Below are positions 39,897 to 50,245 of a stretch of DNA of 64,000 nucleotides, one piece after another (position 1 is the stretch's first letter; every line of letters begins with the position of its first letter). Under the pieces are notes generated by a model. The model saw only the letters and a list, made by a program, of their open reading frames with translations, was not told the DNA's origin and did no database searches. Source of the DNA: Chitinophaga pinensis (GTDB taxonomy: Bacteria; Bacteroidota; Bacteroidia; Chitinophagales; UBA10324); contig CAMDOA010000008.1 in assembly GCA_945903305.1 (NCBI GenBank), positions 1,041 through 65,040 of the forward strand, read 5' to 3'. Both the position numbers and the translations under genes were made by a program.

Positions 39897-41351
39897 TCAA
39901 ACTATTTTTTCAGTATTTATTTCCTTCCCAGCTTTTATATCCAGATTAATCAGCAGAGCCACAATCAGAAAATAAAGTGTGCCGATTTTATCGGTTTCAA
40001 TTAAATCGCTGAGAAAAGTATTTGCATAAATAACAATCAATGTAAGCGTGAGTGCCATGGCAAACCGGCGCAGTTGCTTGTCTTTTAACTTATGATAAAT
40101 TCTTTGTCCATACCAAAGTAATGCTCCGGTAAAAACCGAAAAAACAAGCAGCCCGATAATTCCCTGCTCAATTAAAAGCAATAAAAAATAATTGTGTACA
40201 GTACTTCGTTCCGGATTTCGGCTTACAAATGTTGCAAAACTGCTTACTGCATACGGCTTATAAAAATTATAAAAATTTCCAGGACCATATCCAACCACCG
40301 GATTTGCTTCCCACATTCTGAATCCTGCTATCCACCGGAACACGCGCTCGCCACTGCTGATATCCTGCATATTATAAGTAGCGGATAAATGCGAACCCAA
40401 ATCTTCGTGCATAATGGTTTCATCAAAATCAGGCGCATAGTAAAGGTATCTGTTTTGATATCCCATGTAAAAAACCCCGCTTATAACGATAACTGCTCCT
40501 ACTAAAATTCCTTTGCCTAATAATCTGTATTGAATTAAAATAGCGCAAGGTATAATTACTAATACGCTCAACCATGAAGAACGGGTATATGAAAAATATA
40601 CTGCGACCAACATTATTATCATGGAAGCAATCAACAATAATCGTGGGCCGGATCTTTTTTTATACCAGCCGATTGCCAGCCATGTGAGCGGAATCATTTG
40701 TGCAATGAATGCTGCGTACGCCACATGATTGCGATAAAATGGTTCCATCATGGTATTTACATCGGCAAACGAAAAATTCTTTTGCGCATGGCGGGCAAGC
40801 GTATAAAAAACAGTTGCCATGGTTGGAATCAAAATGCACCAGAATGCTTTTTTGAAATCATTCAATTCGCGAAACACTACACTTCCTAAAAAAACAAACA
40901 CAATTAAGTACCATGTTTTTGCCAGTAAAAATTTTACTGATACCATGTGATTGGATGAATAAACAACTGTAATAATTATCCAGAAAAAATGCAGGGCAAG
41001 AAAAAATAACAAGGGATGACTGAGAAATTCTTTCGACACTAATTTTTTATTCGACAACCACGAAACAATAAAAACCAGCATTAAACCAATCATTAGCGGC
41101 TCTGTTGGCAAATTGGTTCCTAACGATGTGGTGAACGAAAATTCTATTGATAACGGAAGACAGAACAATAAAAAGTAAAAGGCAAACTTGATATCGGCAA
41201 GTGTTACATACAGAAACAATAAGGCGAATGGTAATGCAAACCAGTAATAATTATAAGTGAGCCATCCAACCAATAAACTGCCAAGTGTTATAACAGCAGC
41301 AATTGTCAGTAATGATTTTTCGTAAAGCGGCAATGCTTTACTGAGGTTCAT
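39897..41351 (-). CDS. O-antigen ligase / polymerase family (Wzy_C-type) membrane protein
   Basis: 484 aa, polytopic. YFSYTRSSWLS lies in a large periplasmic-loop context typical of O-antigen ligase-like proteins. Confidence 0.75.
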   Translation of the reverse strand: MNLSKALPLYEKSLLTIAAVITLGSLLVGWLTYNYYWFALPFALLFLYVTLADIKFAFYFLLFCLPLSIEFSFTTSLGTNLPTEPLMIGLMLVFIVSWLSNKKLVSKEFLSHPLLFFLALHFFWIIITVVYSSNHMVSVKFLLAKTWYLIVFVFLGSVVFRELNDFKKAFWCILIPTMATVFYTLARHAQKNFSFADVNTMMEPFYRNHVAYAAFIAQMIPLTWLAIGWYKKRSGPRLLLIASMIIMLVAVYFSYTRSSWLSVLVIIPCAILIQYRLLGKGILVGAVIVISGVFYMGYQNRYLYYAPDFDETIMHEDLGSHLSATYNMQDISSGERVFRWIAGFRMWEANPVVGYGPGNFYNFYKPYAVSSFATFVSRNPERSTVHNYFLLLLIEQGIIGLLVFSVFTGALLWYGQRIYHKLKDKQLRRFAMALTLTLIVIYANTFLSDLIETDKIGTLYFLIVALLINLDIKAGKEINTEKIV

Positions 41352-42306
41352 GCAATGCTGATTTTATGTTTTTATAATAATCAGAAACGATAGCCGTAAG
41401 GGTCATCATTACAAATCCAATGAATACACAGCTGAACACCACTAACCAACGAACAGGTTTCGATTTTTTTTCGGCAGGAAATCCTTTTTCTAAAATAAAA
41501 ATGCTTGGCACATCGCGATTAATTGTAGCCTTAAATTGTTCCGACAAACCAATAGAATTGTTCAACTCTTTTAAAGCAGCTTTCTTTTTATCATCCAGTA
41601 TTTTTATTTCTTCATTAGCCAAATCAAAATTTGCTTTCTCCTCAACACTCATTGAATTCATGCGATTCAAATCAGAAATATTTCCGGCAAGGTTGTATCG
41701 GTTGCGCAGTTTGATAATTGAATCAGTTAGTATTTTTATGGTTGCTTCTTTGGCTGAAATTTTATTGTTATAAATGCTCACCATTTTCTGCTTGTTATCC
41801 ATCAATAAATTTTTACTGATGTCATCAATTTTCCAAACCAATGCATTCACCATGTGCGCTGCAGTATCTTTATCATGATCATAAACTGTAATCTCTACCG
41901 AACCTTTATCGGTGCGTTCAATATGTACATTATCCTCAAGTTCCATCTGCACTTCATAATTCGGATAGTCGGCTGTGGCCGAATCAATGTCATAATGTTT
42001 GAATAAATTATAACGTTGCACCATAAACATTTTCAATTGTGCGCTTTGAGCAATGGCCATCAACCGGTCAACATCATCACTGGTACCGAAAAAATTCTGA
42101 CTCTTTTGTTCAAACATGTTTTCGCTGTTCGTAATGCTTGGATTCGATGGAAGTATTACCGACTTAGAGGCATAATAAGGTCTCATGATGTGCGGATCAG
42201 AAATTATTACGCTGCCAATCAATGCCACCACACATGCAATGATGATTGCCTTCTTCCATTTTAAAATAATCCGGATGATCGAAATAAGATTGAGTTGTTT
42301 TTCCAT
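41338..42306 (-). CDS. Wzz-like polysaccharide chain-length determinant protein
   Basis: 322 aa. N-terminal TM helix (IIIACVVALIGSVII), a long coiled-coil-like periplasmic part, and a C-terminal TM helix. Overlaps the downstream ligase-like gene by 14 nt. Confidence 0.6.
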   Translation of the reverse strand: MEKQLNLISIIRIILKWKKAIIIACVVALIGSVIISDPHIMRPYYASKSVILPSNPSITNSENMFEQKSQNFFGTSDDVDRLMAIAQSAQLKMFMVQRYNLFKHYDIDSATADYPNYEVQMELEDNVHIERTDKGSVEITVYDHDKDTAAHMVNALVWKIDDISKNLLMDNKQKMVSIYNNKISAKEATIKILTDSIIKLRNRYNLAGNISDLNRMNSMSVEEKANFDLANEEIKILDDKKKAALKELNNSIGLSEQFKATINRDVPSIFILEKGFPAEKKSKPVRWLVVFSCVFIGFVMMTLTAIVSDYYKNIKSALHEPQ

Positions 42307-42420
42307 TTAAGGGGTTTAAAAATTTGCACAAACCTAAATGAATGAACAGGAATAGCAAATTGGTATTTCCTGCATTGTTAAAACCATTATTTTATTGTGT
42401 GTCTTGTCAAATATTTTTTA

Positions 42421-43863
42421 TTACTGAGAAGATAGAACTGCTTTTATTTTATTCAGTTCAAATAATTTTAAAGCAAAAGCAACCATCAGAAAAATAATTA
42501 ATGCTGAAATAATAGCAGGGAAAAGAGAATGAATAAAATAGTGAGTTGAATATCCGATTGCTAAAGTCAGGAGCGAAAACAATAGCAATTTACTCAACAA
42601 CAAATAATTTATTTTCATGCTGAATATTTTTTTGCTAATAAAAATTTCGATAGATCCAATAAAAACCTGAGTTGTAACGGCTGCAATAGCGGCACCCACA
42701 CATTGATATTCGGGAATTAAAATAATATTGAGTGAAAGATTTATGACAACTGCTGCCGCCACAGCAAAAGTTAATTGCTTCAAACTTCGGTTGGCAGCGA
42801 GCAATGTGCCGAAAATATATACGGTGGCAGCGCCTGGTAAAGCAAACATTAATATCCCCAATGTGTCGGCTGAATAAGTTGTCGTGTCGTGATAAAGTAA
42901 TTGCATGATTTCATTTCTGAAAAACAAACACACTACTGTAAGCATCCAGCTGAAAATAAAAATGGTTTTGAAACTTACTGCTGCCAGCTCATCTACTTTG
43001 TGTCCGCGTTGTATGAGTCGGGAAAAAATGGGCAATAAAAGTGCAGCGAATAAAACCCCGATTTGATTGGCAGCATCGAGCAACCGAAAAGCTGATGCAT
43101 AAATTCCGGCTTCCGTATTTCCATCATCACTCAGCAAATATTTTAACAACACCGCATCAGTGCGACTGTAAATTCCCATCAATAAAACAATAACCGCAAG
43201 CAGGTAACTCTCTTTCCAGATTGTTTTTATCATATTCAATTCAAATGAAAATTGCAGTTTCGGAATTCGCTGAAGCAATAAAATAGCGGCAACAATTATT
43301 ACAATCAGGTAACTCGCCGTTTGCGAATAAATGAACCATTCAATTTTAAATTCTCCGCTGAAAGGATTGAAATAATACAACCATCCGAACAACAGAATCA
43401 TGATCAGTTTGTCGAGAATGGAAAGAAAACTATCGAGTTTAAAAAACTGCAAAGCAGAAAGATTGCTTCGTAAATAAAGCAACAACGAATTAAGTCCCTG
43501 ATTGAGTATGAGTATTCCGAGAATGTAATAACCTTCACGCGATGGTTGAATAATAATTGCGGAGATGATTGTAACGATGCAATACAAAATGAAAAGCAAA
43601 ACTTTCAGCGCTAAAATATTTGACAAATATTTTTTTATGAGCGAAGGTTGCTGTGCAATAATGCGGTTGTTGTAATTCGTGATTCCGATATCGAGAATGA
43701 TGCTGAATAAAATACTGAGATTGAACAAAGCGAAATACAAACCATAAACTTCGTGACCGGTAATATTCTGAACGGTTCGGTCAACACCCAGCACATACAA
43801 TGGCTTGATGAGTAAATTGAGAACAAGTAGAAAAACAAGATTGCGAAAAAAAGTTTGCTTCAT
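42421..43863 (-). CDS. Wzx-type oligosaccharide flippase (MOP superfamily polysaccharide biosynthesis protein)
   Basis: 480 aa with about 12-14 TM helices. N-terminus MKQTFFRNLVFLLVLNLLIKPLYVLGVDR is typical of this family. Confidence 0.75.
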   Translation of the reverse strand: MKQTFFRNLVFLLVLNLLIKPLYVLGVDRTVQNITGHEVYGLYFALFNLSILFSIILDIGITNYNNRIIAQQPSLIKKYLSNILALKVLLFILYCIVTIISAIIIQPSREGYYILGILILNQGLNSLLLYLRSNLSALQFFKLDSFLSILDKLIMILLFGWLYYFNPFSGEFKIEWFIYSQTASYLIVIIVAAILLLQRIPKLQFSFELNMIKTIWKESYLLAVIVLLMGIYSRTDAVLLKYLLSDDGNTEAGIYASAFRLLDAANQIGVLFAALLLPIFSRLIQRGHKVDELAAVSFKTIFIFSWMLTVVCLFFRNEIMQLLYHDTTTYSADTLGILMFALPGAATVYIFGTLLAANRSLKQLTFAVAAAVVINLSLNIILIPEYQCVGAAIAAVTTQVFIGSIEIFISKKIFSMKINYLLLSKLLLFSLLTLAIGYSTHYFIHSLFPAIISALIIFLMVAFALKLFELNKIKAVLSSQ

Positions 43864-43915
43864 TATCGGAGCGCAAAATACTTATTCCATTTTCAGATTT
43901 CAGACTGGAAAATTT

Positions 43916-44077
43916 TAGCCACACTTGACTGCTGCAAGCAGGGATTCACAGATTTTATCTGAAGTTTTTTTGTGACAATCTTTTAAAAGATTTTTGGAAC
44001 TGTTGTAGAAAATAATCTGTGAATCTGTGGCTACAATTATTTCTGTAAAAAACGAAGTGAATCTATGGCTAAAAATT
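43916..44077. repeat. Inverted/direct repeat cluster with a central perfect 16-bp palindrome between divergent polysaccharide genes
   Basis: 44014-44033 aatctgtgaatctgtggcta is the reverse complement of tagccaca (43916-43923) plus gattcacagatt (43943-43954). A direct partial copy gtgaatctatggcta starts at 44057. Palindrome aatcttttaaaagatt at 43977-43992. Confidence 0.6.
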
Positions 44078-44103
44078 AATTCATTTATTTCGCAGACAAT
44101 TGA

Positions 44104-45003
44104 ATGGAAAAAGAAATCTGGTTAAAGCGAATTGACAAAGTAGCGCGCCTCGAAAAAAAATCGAAGTGGATTCGGTTGATATCAAATCCTGTCAACAGAA
44201 TTTATGGTCTTATATTTTCGAAATGGATTTTTCCTTCTTCAAAAAAACCGAATTACACATCGGCGAAACTGATTTGCGATTACCGAATGACTGTTGCGCT
44301 ACCTGATGGATTGGATATTTTTTTATGCGGATGTAAATCACACGATTCGGAATTACGATTTTCGAAATGGATGATAAATACTTTAAAACTGAAAGAAGTT
44401 TTTTTTGATGTGGGAGCACACTTTGGATTTTTCAGTTTGCTCGCCGCTCAGTTAGTGGAAGAAAACGGAAAAGTAATTTCGTTTGAACCTGCTGCCATTG
44501 CAGCAAATATTTTACATTCAAATACCGAGCGGTTACGACAGGTTCGAATGGTGCAAGCCGCCGTTGGAGAATCTACCGGAAGTGTGATGTTTATGGAAGG
44601 AATACACGGACAAACCGAATCAAGCGGAATGATGAGCCCCGAAGAAGAACTGAACGAAACCATTCAGGGAAATCTTGTAAATTGTATTTCGTTGGATGAT
44701 TTTTCAGTAAAAGAAAAACTGATTCCGACGGTAATTAAAATAGATGCGGAAGGAAGTGAGTTGAAAGTATTGAAAGGAATGAGTCAGCTTTTGCAAACTC
44801 ATAAACCAACCATCATCATGGAATTCTGGAGCAAACAGTTTCACAACAATCAACAACACATTGATGCAATGAATTTGTTAATCAGCAATGGTTACACAAT
44901 GAATCTGATAGATGATGACGGAAAACTTTTTCGCAGCACTAATCCCGAACAACTTTGCCTGAAACGGAAATTAGAATCAGATAATATTGTTTTCACCGCA
45001 TGA
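44104..45003 (+). CDS. FkbM family methyltransferase
   Basis: 299 aa. FDVGAHFGFFS and IKIDAEGSELKVLKG are signatures of the FkbM family. Confidence 0.85.
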   Translation: MEKEIWLKRIDKVARLEKKSKWIRLISNPVNRIYGLIFSKWIFPSSKKPNYTSAKLICDYRMTVALPDGLDIFLCGCKSHDSELRFSKWMINTLKLKEVFFDVGAHFGFFSLLAAQLVEENGKVISFEPAAIAANILHSNTERLRQVRMVQAAVGESTGSVMFMEGIHGQTESSGMMSPEEELNETIQGNLVNCISLDDFSVKEKLIPTVIKIDAEGSELKVLKGMSQLLQTHKPTIIMEFWSKQFHNNQQHIDAMNLLISNGYTMNLIDDDGKLFRSTNPEQLCLKRKLESDNIVFTA

Positions 45004-46130
45004 AGATTGCCGTCAACACCCGCTTTTTACTGAAAGATAAACTGGAAGGAATCGGCTGGTTCACTTACGAATCCCTGAAGCGAATGGTGCTGGCGCATCC
45101 CGAACACGAATTTCATTTTTTGTTCGACCGCAAATTTTCTAATGAATTCATCTTCGCAAAAAATGTAGTGCCGCATATTTTATTTCCGCCGGCGCGTCAT
45201 CCGTTTTTGTGGTATGCGTGGTTTGAATATGCGGTTCCGCAAGCGCTGAAAAAAATTAAGCCAGATGTGTTTCTTTCTACGGATGGCTACTTGTCGCTCT
45301 CTGTAAAAATTCCGCAGGTGCTCGTGATTCATGATTTGGCATTCGAACATTTCAGCAATCATGTTGACTGGCTCACGCTTCGTTACTACAAATATTTTGT
45401 TCCGCGATTTGCAAAACACGCCACGCGTATTGCAACTGTTTCGGAATACACGAAGCAGGATGTGACAGAGAAATATAAAATCGCTGCCGATAAAATTGAT
45501 GTCACACACAATGGCGGAAACGAAATTTTCAAGCCGCTTGATGTGGCGGAACAAAAATTAATTCGCGAAAAAATTTCTGGTGGCCCTCCTTATTTTATTT
45601 ATGCCGGTGCGGTGCATCCGCGAAAAAATGTGAATCGTTTGTTTCTCGCTTTCGATTCGTTCAAAGAAAAATTCGGCGGTGATTTTAAATTAATTATTGC
45701 CGGAAGAAAAGCATGGGACACCGATGAAGCCATGAAAACTCACGAGCGCATGAAGTACAAGCACGATGTTATTTTTCTCGGTCACTTGCGGTTGCATGAA
45801 CTCGCACAGGTACTCGCATCGGCAACCGCGCTCACTTATGTTTCGCTGTTCGAAGGTTTCGGAATTCCGATTGTGGAGGCAATGAATGCCGGAGTGCCGG
45901 TTATTACTTCCAATGTTTCTTCCATGCCCGAAGTGGCGGGCAATGCTACCTTAATAGTCAATCCGTTTTCTGTGGATGAAATAGAAAACGCCATGCTGAA
46001 AATGGCAATGGACGAAACACTCCGGAAAAATTTAATTGCAAAAGGAAATTTGCAGAAACAAAAATTCGGTTGGGATTTAACGGCTGAACGATTGTATGAA
46101 TGCTTAATGAAAGCAGTGCATGTGAAGTAG
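45000..46130 (+). CDS. Glycosyltransferase family 4 (GT-B fold)
   Basis: 376 aa. SLFEGFGIPIVEAMNAGVPVITSN contains the E-x7-E region. ATGA overlap with the upstream gene. Confidence 0.85.
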   Translation: MKIAVNTRFLLKDKLEGIGWFTYESLKRMVLAHPEHEFHFLFDRKFSNEFIFAKNVVPHILFPPARHPFLWYAWFEYAVPQALKKIKPDVFLSTDGYLSLSVKIPQVLVIHDLAFEHFSNHVDWLTLRYYKYFVPRFAKHATRIATVSEYTKQDVTEKYKIAADKIDVTHNGGNEIFKPLDVAEQKLIREKISGGPPYFIYAGAVHPRKNVNRLFLAFDSFKEKFGGDFKLIIAGRKAWDTDEAMKTHERMKYKHDVIFLGHLRLHELAQVLASATALTYVSLFEGFGIPIVEAMNAGVPVITSNVSSMPEVAGNATLIVNPFSVDEIENAMLKMAMDETLRKNLIAKGNLQKQKFGWDLTAERLYECLMKAVHVK

Positions 46131-46167
46131 AATCCCAAATTAATTTATTAAAAAGAAAAGCCAGCGC

Positions 46168-46881
46168 CTACTCTTTTGCTTTTCCAAATACATAATACAA
46201 TGTCAGATTCATTCCAACGAATGCATAATTGTTGTAGAGCGGATTTGTTTTATCAAAACTGCTTAAATCATATTTTGCAAAAAGCAATGCATCTAATCCA
46301 AGGTTATCAGTAAAACGATAACCGTAACCAATGGTAAATCCTACTGTAAAAGAAGTAGCATCATACTTAGAAGCCAATTCGGATTTTGTATATGTGACTG
46401 GAAATTTTAATCGTCCAAGAGTATCAAGTGTTGAAGAAGTTATTTTTTGTTTGTTTAACATATTGATATCAGCTGTTAAACCGATTGGTAATCTGCTCTT
46501 AGCATCTTTCCCGACAAGGTTAAAAGTTAAACTAATTGGAATTGTCAGGTATTGATTCTTTACAACTGCTGAATAATCTGTGTTTGGGTTTATTAATGAA
46601 TCAATGTAAGATAAATCTGATGTCATATCGGTTTTTGTAGTTGATGCCAATCCGGTTACAAATCGCATACGGCTGCTTAAATCAATTCCGACATGAACAT
46701 GCGGTGCATAATTGAATGCCAGTCCGTGATAATCTTTAAGGTCAATGTTTGAAAGATTGTCATCAACAATATACTTGCTTCCATACAAATCTGTTCCAAC
46801 ACCAACTACCAGATTTAACTGAGCTTTTGTTGCGAACGAAAATGCAAGAAGAAAAATGCTGATTAGAATTTTTTTATTCAT
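46168..46881 (-). CDS. Small outer-membrane beta-barrel (porin-family) protein
   Basis: I place the start at ATG 46881, giving the signal peptide MNKKILISIFLLAFSFATKAQ. Alternating beta-strand pattern with an aromatic-rich C-terminus. Confidence 0.7.
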   Translation of the reverse strand: MNKKILISIFLLAFSFATKAQLNLVVGVGTDLYGSKYIVDDNLSNIDLKDYHGLAFNYAPHVHVGIDLSSRMRFVTGLASTTKTDMTSDLSYIDSLINPNTDYSAVVKNQYLTIPISLTFNLVGKDAKSRLPIGLTADINMLNKQKITSSTLDTLGRLKFPVTYTKSELASKYDATSFTVGFTIGYGYRFTDNLGLDALLFAKYDLSSFDKTNPLYNNYAFVGMNLTLYYVFGKAKE

Positions 46882-47010
46882 TGGAATTATTTTTATTGTT
46901 TGTGTCAAATGTAAAAGTGTAATTGAAATAAGCAACCGAAATACTTTCCTACTTATTCAACGGTATTCATACATCGTTCAAAAAACTATCTTCGTCCAAA
47001 AGCAATAAGT

Positions 47011-47883
47011 ATGATTAAGTCAATGACAGGTTATGGCAGGGGTGAAAGTGTGAGCGATAAAATGATTGTGAAGGTGGAAGTGCGTAGCATCAACAGTAAA
47101 TTTTTTGACCTGAGTGTACGAATGCCGCAAATGTTTCGCGAGAAAGAATTAGTGATTCGAAATCTTGCTTCAGAAAAATTAGAACGCGGTAAAATTGATT
47201 TGAATGTCAGCATCGAATACAAGGGAGAGAGTAAAATCAATACGATCAATCACGAACTGGCAACATCTTATTTCAATGATTTGAAAAAATTAGCTGAATC
47301 ATTAAATCAACCAACCGAACGATTAATGAATCTGGTTATGAAAATGCCCGATGTAATCTCCGCATCAAAAGATGAAATTGGTGAAGACGAATGGAAGCAA
47401 CTGAATGAAGCAGTTGTGAAAGGAATAGAATCGATTGACAATTTCAGGAAGGAAGAAGGAGCAACACTTGCAAAAGAACTGGAAGCAAACACCAATAACA
47501 TTTTAAACACACTTGCCGAAATTGAAACATTGGAACCTGAGAGAATGACTTTGCAGAAAGCACGATTGCGTTCGCAGTTGGAAGAGTTATTGGGAAAAGA
47601 TGGTTATGATAAAAATCGGTTCGAGCAGGAGTTGATTTATTATTTGGAGCGTATGGATTTCAGTGAAGAAAAAGTGCGATTGCGCAGCCACTGCGATTTC
47701 TTTTTTTCTACTATTCAATCAAAAGAAACCAACGGACGAAAGCTCAATTTTATTGGCCAGGAAATGGGACGGGAAATAAATACACTTGGCTCTAAAGCCA
47801 ATCATGCAGCCATACAGAAATTAGTAGTATATATGAAAGATCAACTCGAAAAAATAAAAGAACAGTTGTTGAATATTCTTTAG
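47011..47883 (+). CDS. yicC: YicC family stress-induced protein / endoribonuclease
   Basis: 290 aa. N-terminus MIKSMTGYGRGE. C-terminus GQEMGREINTLGSKAN. Confidence 0.9.
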   Translation: MIKSMTGYGRGESVSDKMIVKVEVRSINSKFFDLSVRMPQMFREKELVIRNLASEKLERGKIDLNVSIEYKGESKINTINHELATSYFNDLKKLAESLNQPTERLMNLVMKMPDVISASKDEIGEDEWKQLNEAVVKGIESIDNFRKEEGATLAKELEANTNNILNTLAEIETLEPERMTLQKARLRSQLEELLGKDGYDKNRFEQELIYYLERMDFSEEKVRLRSHCDFFFSTIQSKETNGRKLNFIGQEMGREINTLGSKANHAAIQKLVVYMKDQLEKIKEQLLNIL

Positions 47884-47885
47884 AG

Positions 47886-47909
47886 AATTTGAAAATTTGA
47901 TGATGAAGT
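47886..47909. repeat. Second copy of the short 3'-flank element seen after eno
   Basis: aatttgaaaatttgatgatgaagt shares the 13-mer atttgaaaatttg and the tgat...gaagt tail with 6308-6343. Begins 3 nt after the yicC stop. Confidence 0.5.
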
Positions 47910-47955
47910 TAATCTGAGTCTTTGCGGTAACTTTTTTCAAGAACTGATTCAAAAT

Positions 47956-48011
47956 GACTGACGACCTAGGACTGAAGACTAAGTACAAAGGACTAAGGAC
48001 TAAGGATTGTC
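47956..48011. repeat. Eight tandem degenerate heptamers, consensus GACTAAG
   Basis: gactgac gacctag gactgaa gactaag tacaaag gactaag gactaag gattgtc, read directly. Intergenic, upstream of the GAF-PP2C gene. Confidence 0.8.
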
Positions 48012-48114
48012 AACAACAAAAGCATCTGACTATTTTCGCATACTCTCTCCCTCGGTTTTACCGTTAGCATAAAGTTGAACTTTGGTTAACGCTGTTATTT
48101 TTACGCTCCCTGCA

Positions 48115-49371
48115 ATGAAAACTGAGACCGCTAAGCTTTACGACAACAAAAAATTATACGACGAACTCCGCCTGAAACAAACGGAAATGAATTCGTTGTT
48201 GCAGGTTACTCAGGCCATTAACGACAACCTCGGCATTAATGGTTTAATAAAATTATATACTGATATTCTCATTGATGAAATAGGTGCTGAAAGAGTTGCT
48301 TTCTTTTTGCAGGATGATAACTGGCGATGCCAACGCGCTATTGGGTTAGATGAAACATTTATTAAAGCCAGTCACAAAAATGAACTGCTCAACTTCCGGC
48401 ACCTGACACATTTGAAAAAAGGGCGCCATTCTTTTACACCCCTGTTTGATATTATAGTTCCTGTATTTCATAAAAATCAACCACTGGCTTTCACCCTCAT
48501 TGGCGGATTAGACCAGATGAAAGAATTTTCGCTCGAAGAACGACTTAATTTCATTCAAACTATTTCCAGTATTATTTCTGTTGCCATCGAAAACAAAAAA
48601 TTATTTAAAGATCAGCTCAAGCAGCAGGAAGTAAAAAAAGAAATGGAGCTGGCGGGAAAAATGCAAACCACTTTAATTCCCGAACACCTTCCGGCCGATG
48701 ATAGAATGGAAATGGCTGCCATCTATATGCCGCACTTCGATGTCGGTGGCGATTACTATGATGCTTTTGAATTGAACGAAGACGAATTATTTTTCTGCAT
48801 CGGCGATATTTCAGGTAAAGGAATGGCAGCAGCATTGCTCATGGCAAGTTTCCAGGCGGGATTGCGCAGCTTGGTGAAACAACAAGGTTCGCTGAAAGAT
48901 ATGGTGCACGAACTCAATTCAAAAGTGAATGAAATAACACGCGGCGAAAAATTTATTACCCTTTTTATGGCCAAGTACAATTTCATAACCCAAACCATGC
49001 AGTACATTAATGCCGGACATCCGCCACCGGTGCTTTGTTCAAAAGGACAGGTACAATTGCTGAATCAGGGTTGCACCATTTTGGGCATGTTTGATAAATT
49101 ACCTGTGGTGAATTCGGGGAATATTTCATTAACTAATGATTCGGTGCTTGTAACCTACACCGATGGATTAACCGAATTAGAAAATAAACGGCAAGAAGAA
49201 TTAGGTATTGATAGATTGGTGGAGTTTGTTAAACAACATGAAAACGACAAACCCAAGCACCTGATTGATGAACTTACTGATTACTTAGTTTCTTTCAAAG
49301 GCCAAAAAAAAATGTTCAGCGACGATATCAGTATTTTAGTTTGCCGCTTCTTTGCCAATAAAAAAGGATAA
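48115..49371 (+). CDS. GAF domain + PP2C/SpoIIE-type serine phosphatase (RsbU-like)
   Basis: GDYYD, ...GDISGKGMAAALLMA..., ...INAGHPPP..., ...YTDGLTE... are SpoIIE/PP2C signatures. The N-terminal half is GAF-like. I place the start at ATG 48115. Confidence 0.85.
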   Translation: MKTETAKLYDNKKLYDELRLKQTEMNSLLQVTQAINDNLGINGLIKLYTDILIDEIGAERVAFFLQDDNWRCQRAIGLDETFIKASHKNELLNFRHLTHLKKGRHSFTPLFDIIVPVFHKNQPLAFTLIGGLDQMKEFSLEERLNFIQTISSIISVAIENKKLFKDQLKQQEVKKEMELAGKMQTTLIPEHLPADDRMEMAAIYMPHFDVGGDYYDAFELNEDELFFCIGDISGKGMAAALLMASFQAGLRSLVKQQGSLKDMVHELNSKVNEITRGEKFITLFMAKYNFITQTMQYINAGHPPPVLCSKGQVQLLNQGCTILGMFDKLPVVNSGNISLTNDSVLVTYTDGLTELENKRQEELGIDRLVEFVKQHENDKPKHLIDELTDYLVSFKGQKKMFSDDISILVCRFFANKKG

Positions 49372-49588
49372 AAAAAACGGTAACTGCAAGTTGCTTCATT
49401 TTTCTTTCTGAGAAATTTTATTCAGTAATTATCGAATATAAAAAGATGCTCGGCCGCCTAAAATATTTTTTAAAGCAGAAAAATGATTTAGGTGCAACAA
49501 AAAAAGCATAAATCAATTCATTAAGTAGCGGATAGAATTGAAAATGCATTCATGCTTCCAAAAATAAATATCATCCTGCTAAAAACAA

Positions 49589-49619
49589 CAAAGCCACTCC
49601 GGTTTTCGGAGTGGCTTTG
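49589..49619 (-). terminator. Rho-independent terminator downstream of the DUF1761 gene
   Basis: Perfect 13-bp stem caaagccactccg / cggagtggctttg with loop gtttt. The minus strand continues ttgttttt. Lies 20 nt after the stop at 49640. Confidence 0.8.
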
Positions 49620-49639
49620 TTTCAATAATGAAAATTAAA

Positions 49640-50068
49640 TTATCTCCACATGCTAATAATTCCAAAAGCAATGGAGGTGCGTACAAACCAATAACCCAGT
49701 TGAGTTAAAAACCAATTGCGATTTTTATTTTCATAAAGTGCCGGAGTTCCAAGTAGTGGAATAATAACCATCATGGTAAAAATTAAACCATGCGCCAATC
49801 CGTGTTGAAAGGTGATAAAACTATGTCCGGTATCATCATGATCTTGACCCGGGCCGGTAACATTTAAAGTGAGAAATAGAGTATAGAGTATGGTCATTAA
49901 AATTGTTAAGCCATAAGTCATGGCCGCATTTTTAGGTTTCATGTCGTCAACTGAAACGCCAAGTGATTTGGCATAAATGGTTCCCATCACTGATGGGTGA
50001 AACCAAATAAAACCTGCTGCAATTTGTGCAACTACTGCCGCTGCGAATGCTAACCAGTTAATTTCCAT
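49640..50068 (-). CDS. DUF1761 family membrane protein
   Basis: 142 aa with 4 TM helices. N-terminus MEINWLAFAAAVVAQIAAGFIWFHP is typical of DUF1761. Confidence 0.7.
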   Translation of the reverse strand: MEINWLAFAAAVVAQIAAGFIWFHPSVMGTIYAKSLGVSVDDMKPKNAAMTYGLTILMTILYTLFLTLNVTGPGQDHDDTGHSFITFQHGLAHGLIFTMMVIIPLLGTPALYENKNRNWFLTQLGYWFVRTSIAFGIISMWR

Positions 50069-50245
50069 TTTTAAAAATTTGTTTTTTGATGATGAATGAA
50101 TTTGTTAAAAGTAATTTTTTATTTCTTGTTTTTTGAAAGGGATGTTTCACAACTTCTGGCAATTTGGTTTGTTGTGTTTGAACAATTCTTGAAAAAATAT
50201 TTTTAATAAAATTAACTCGGCTTGGTTTATCCGTTATTTGCCGCA

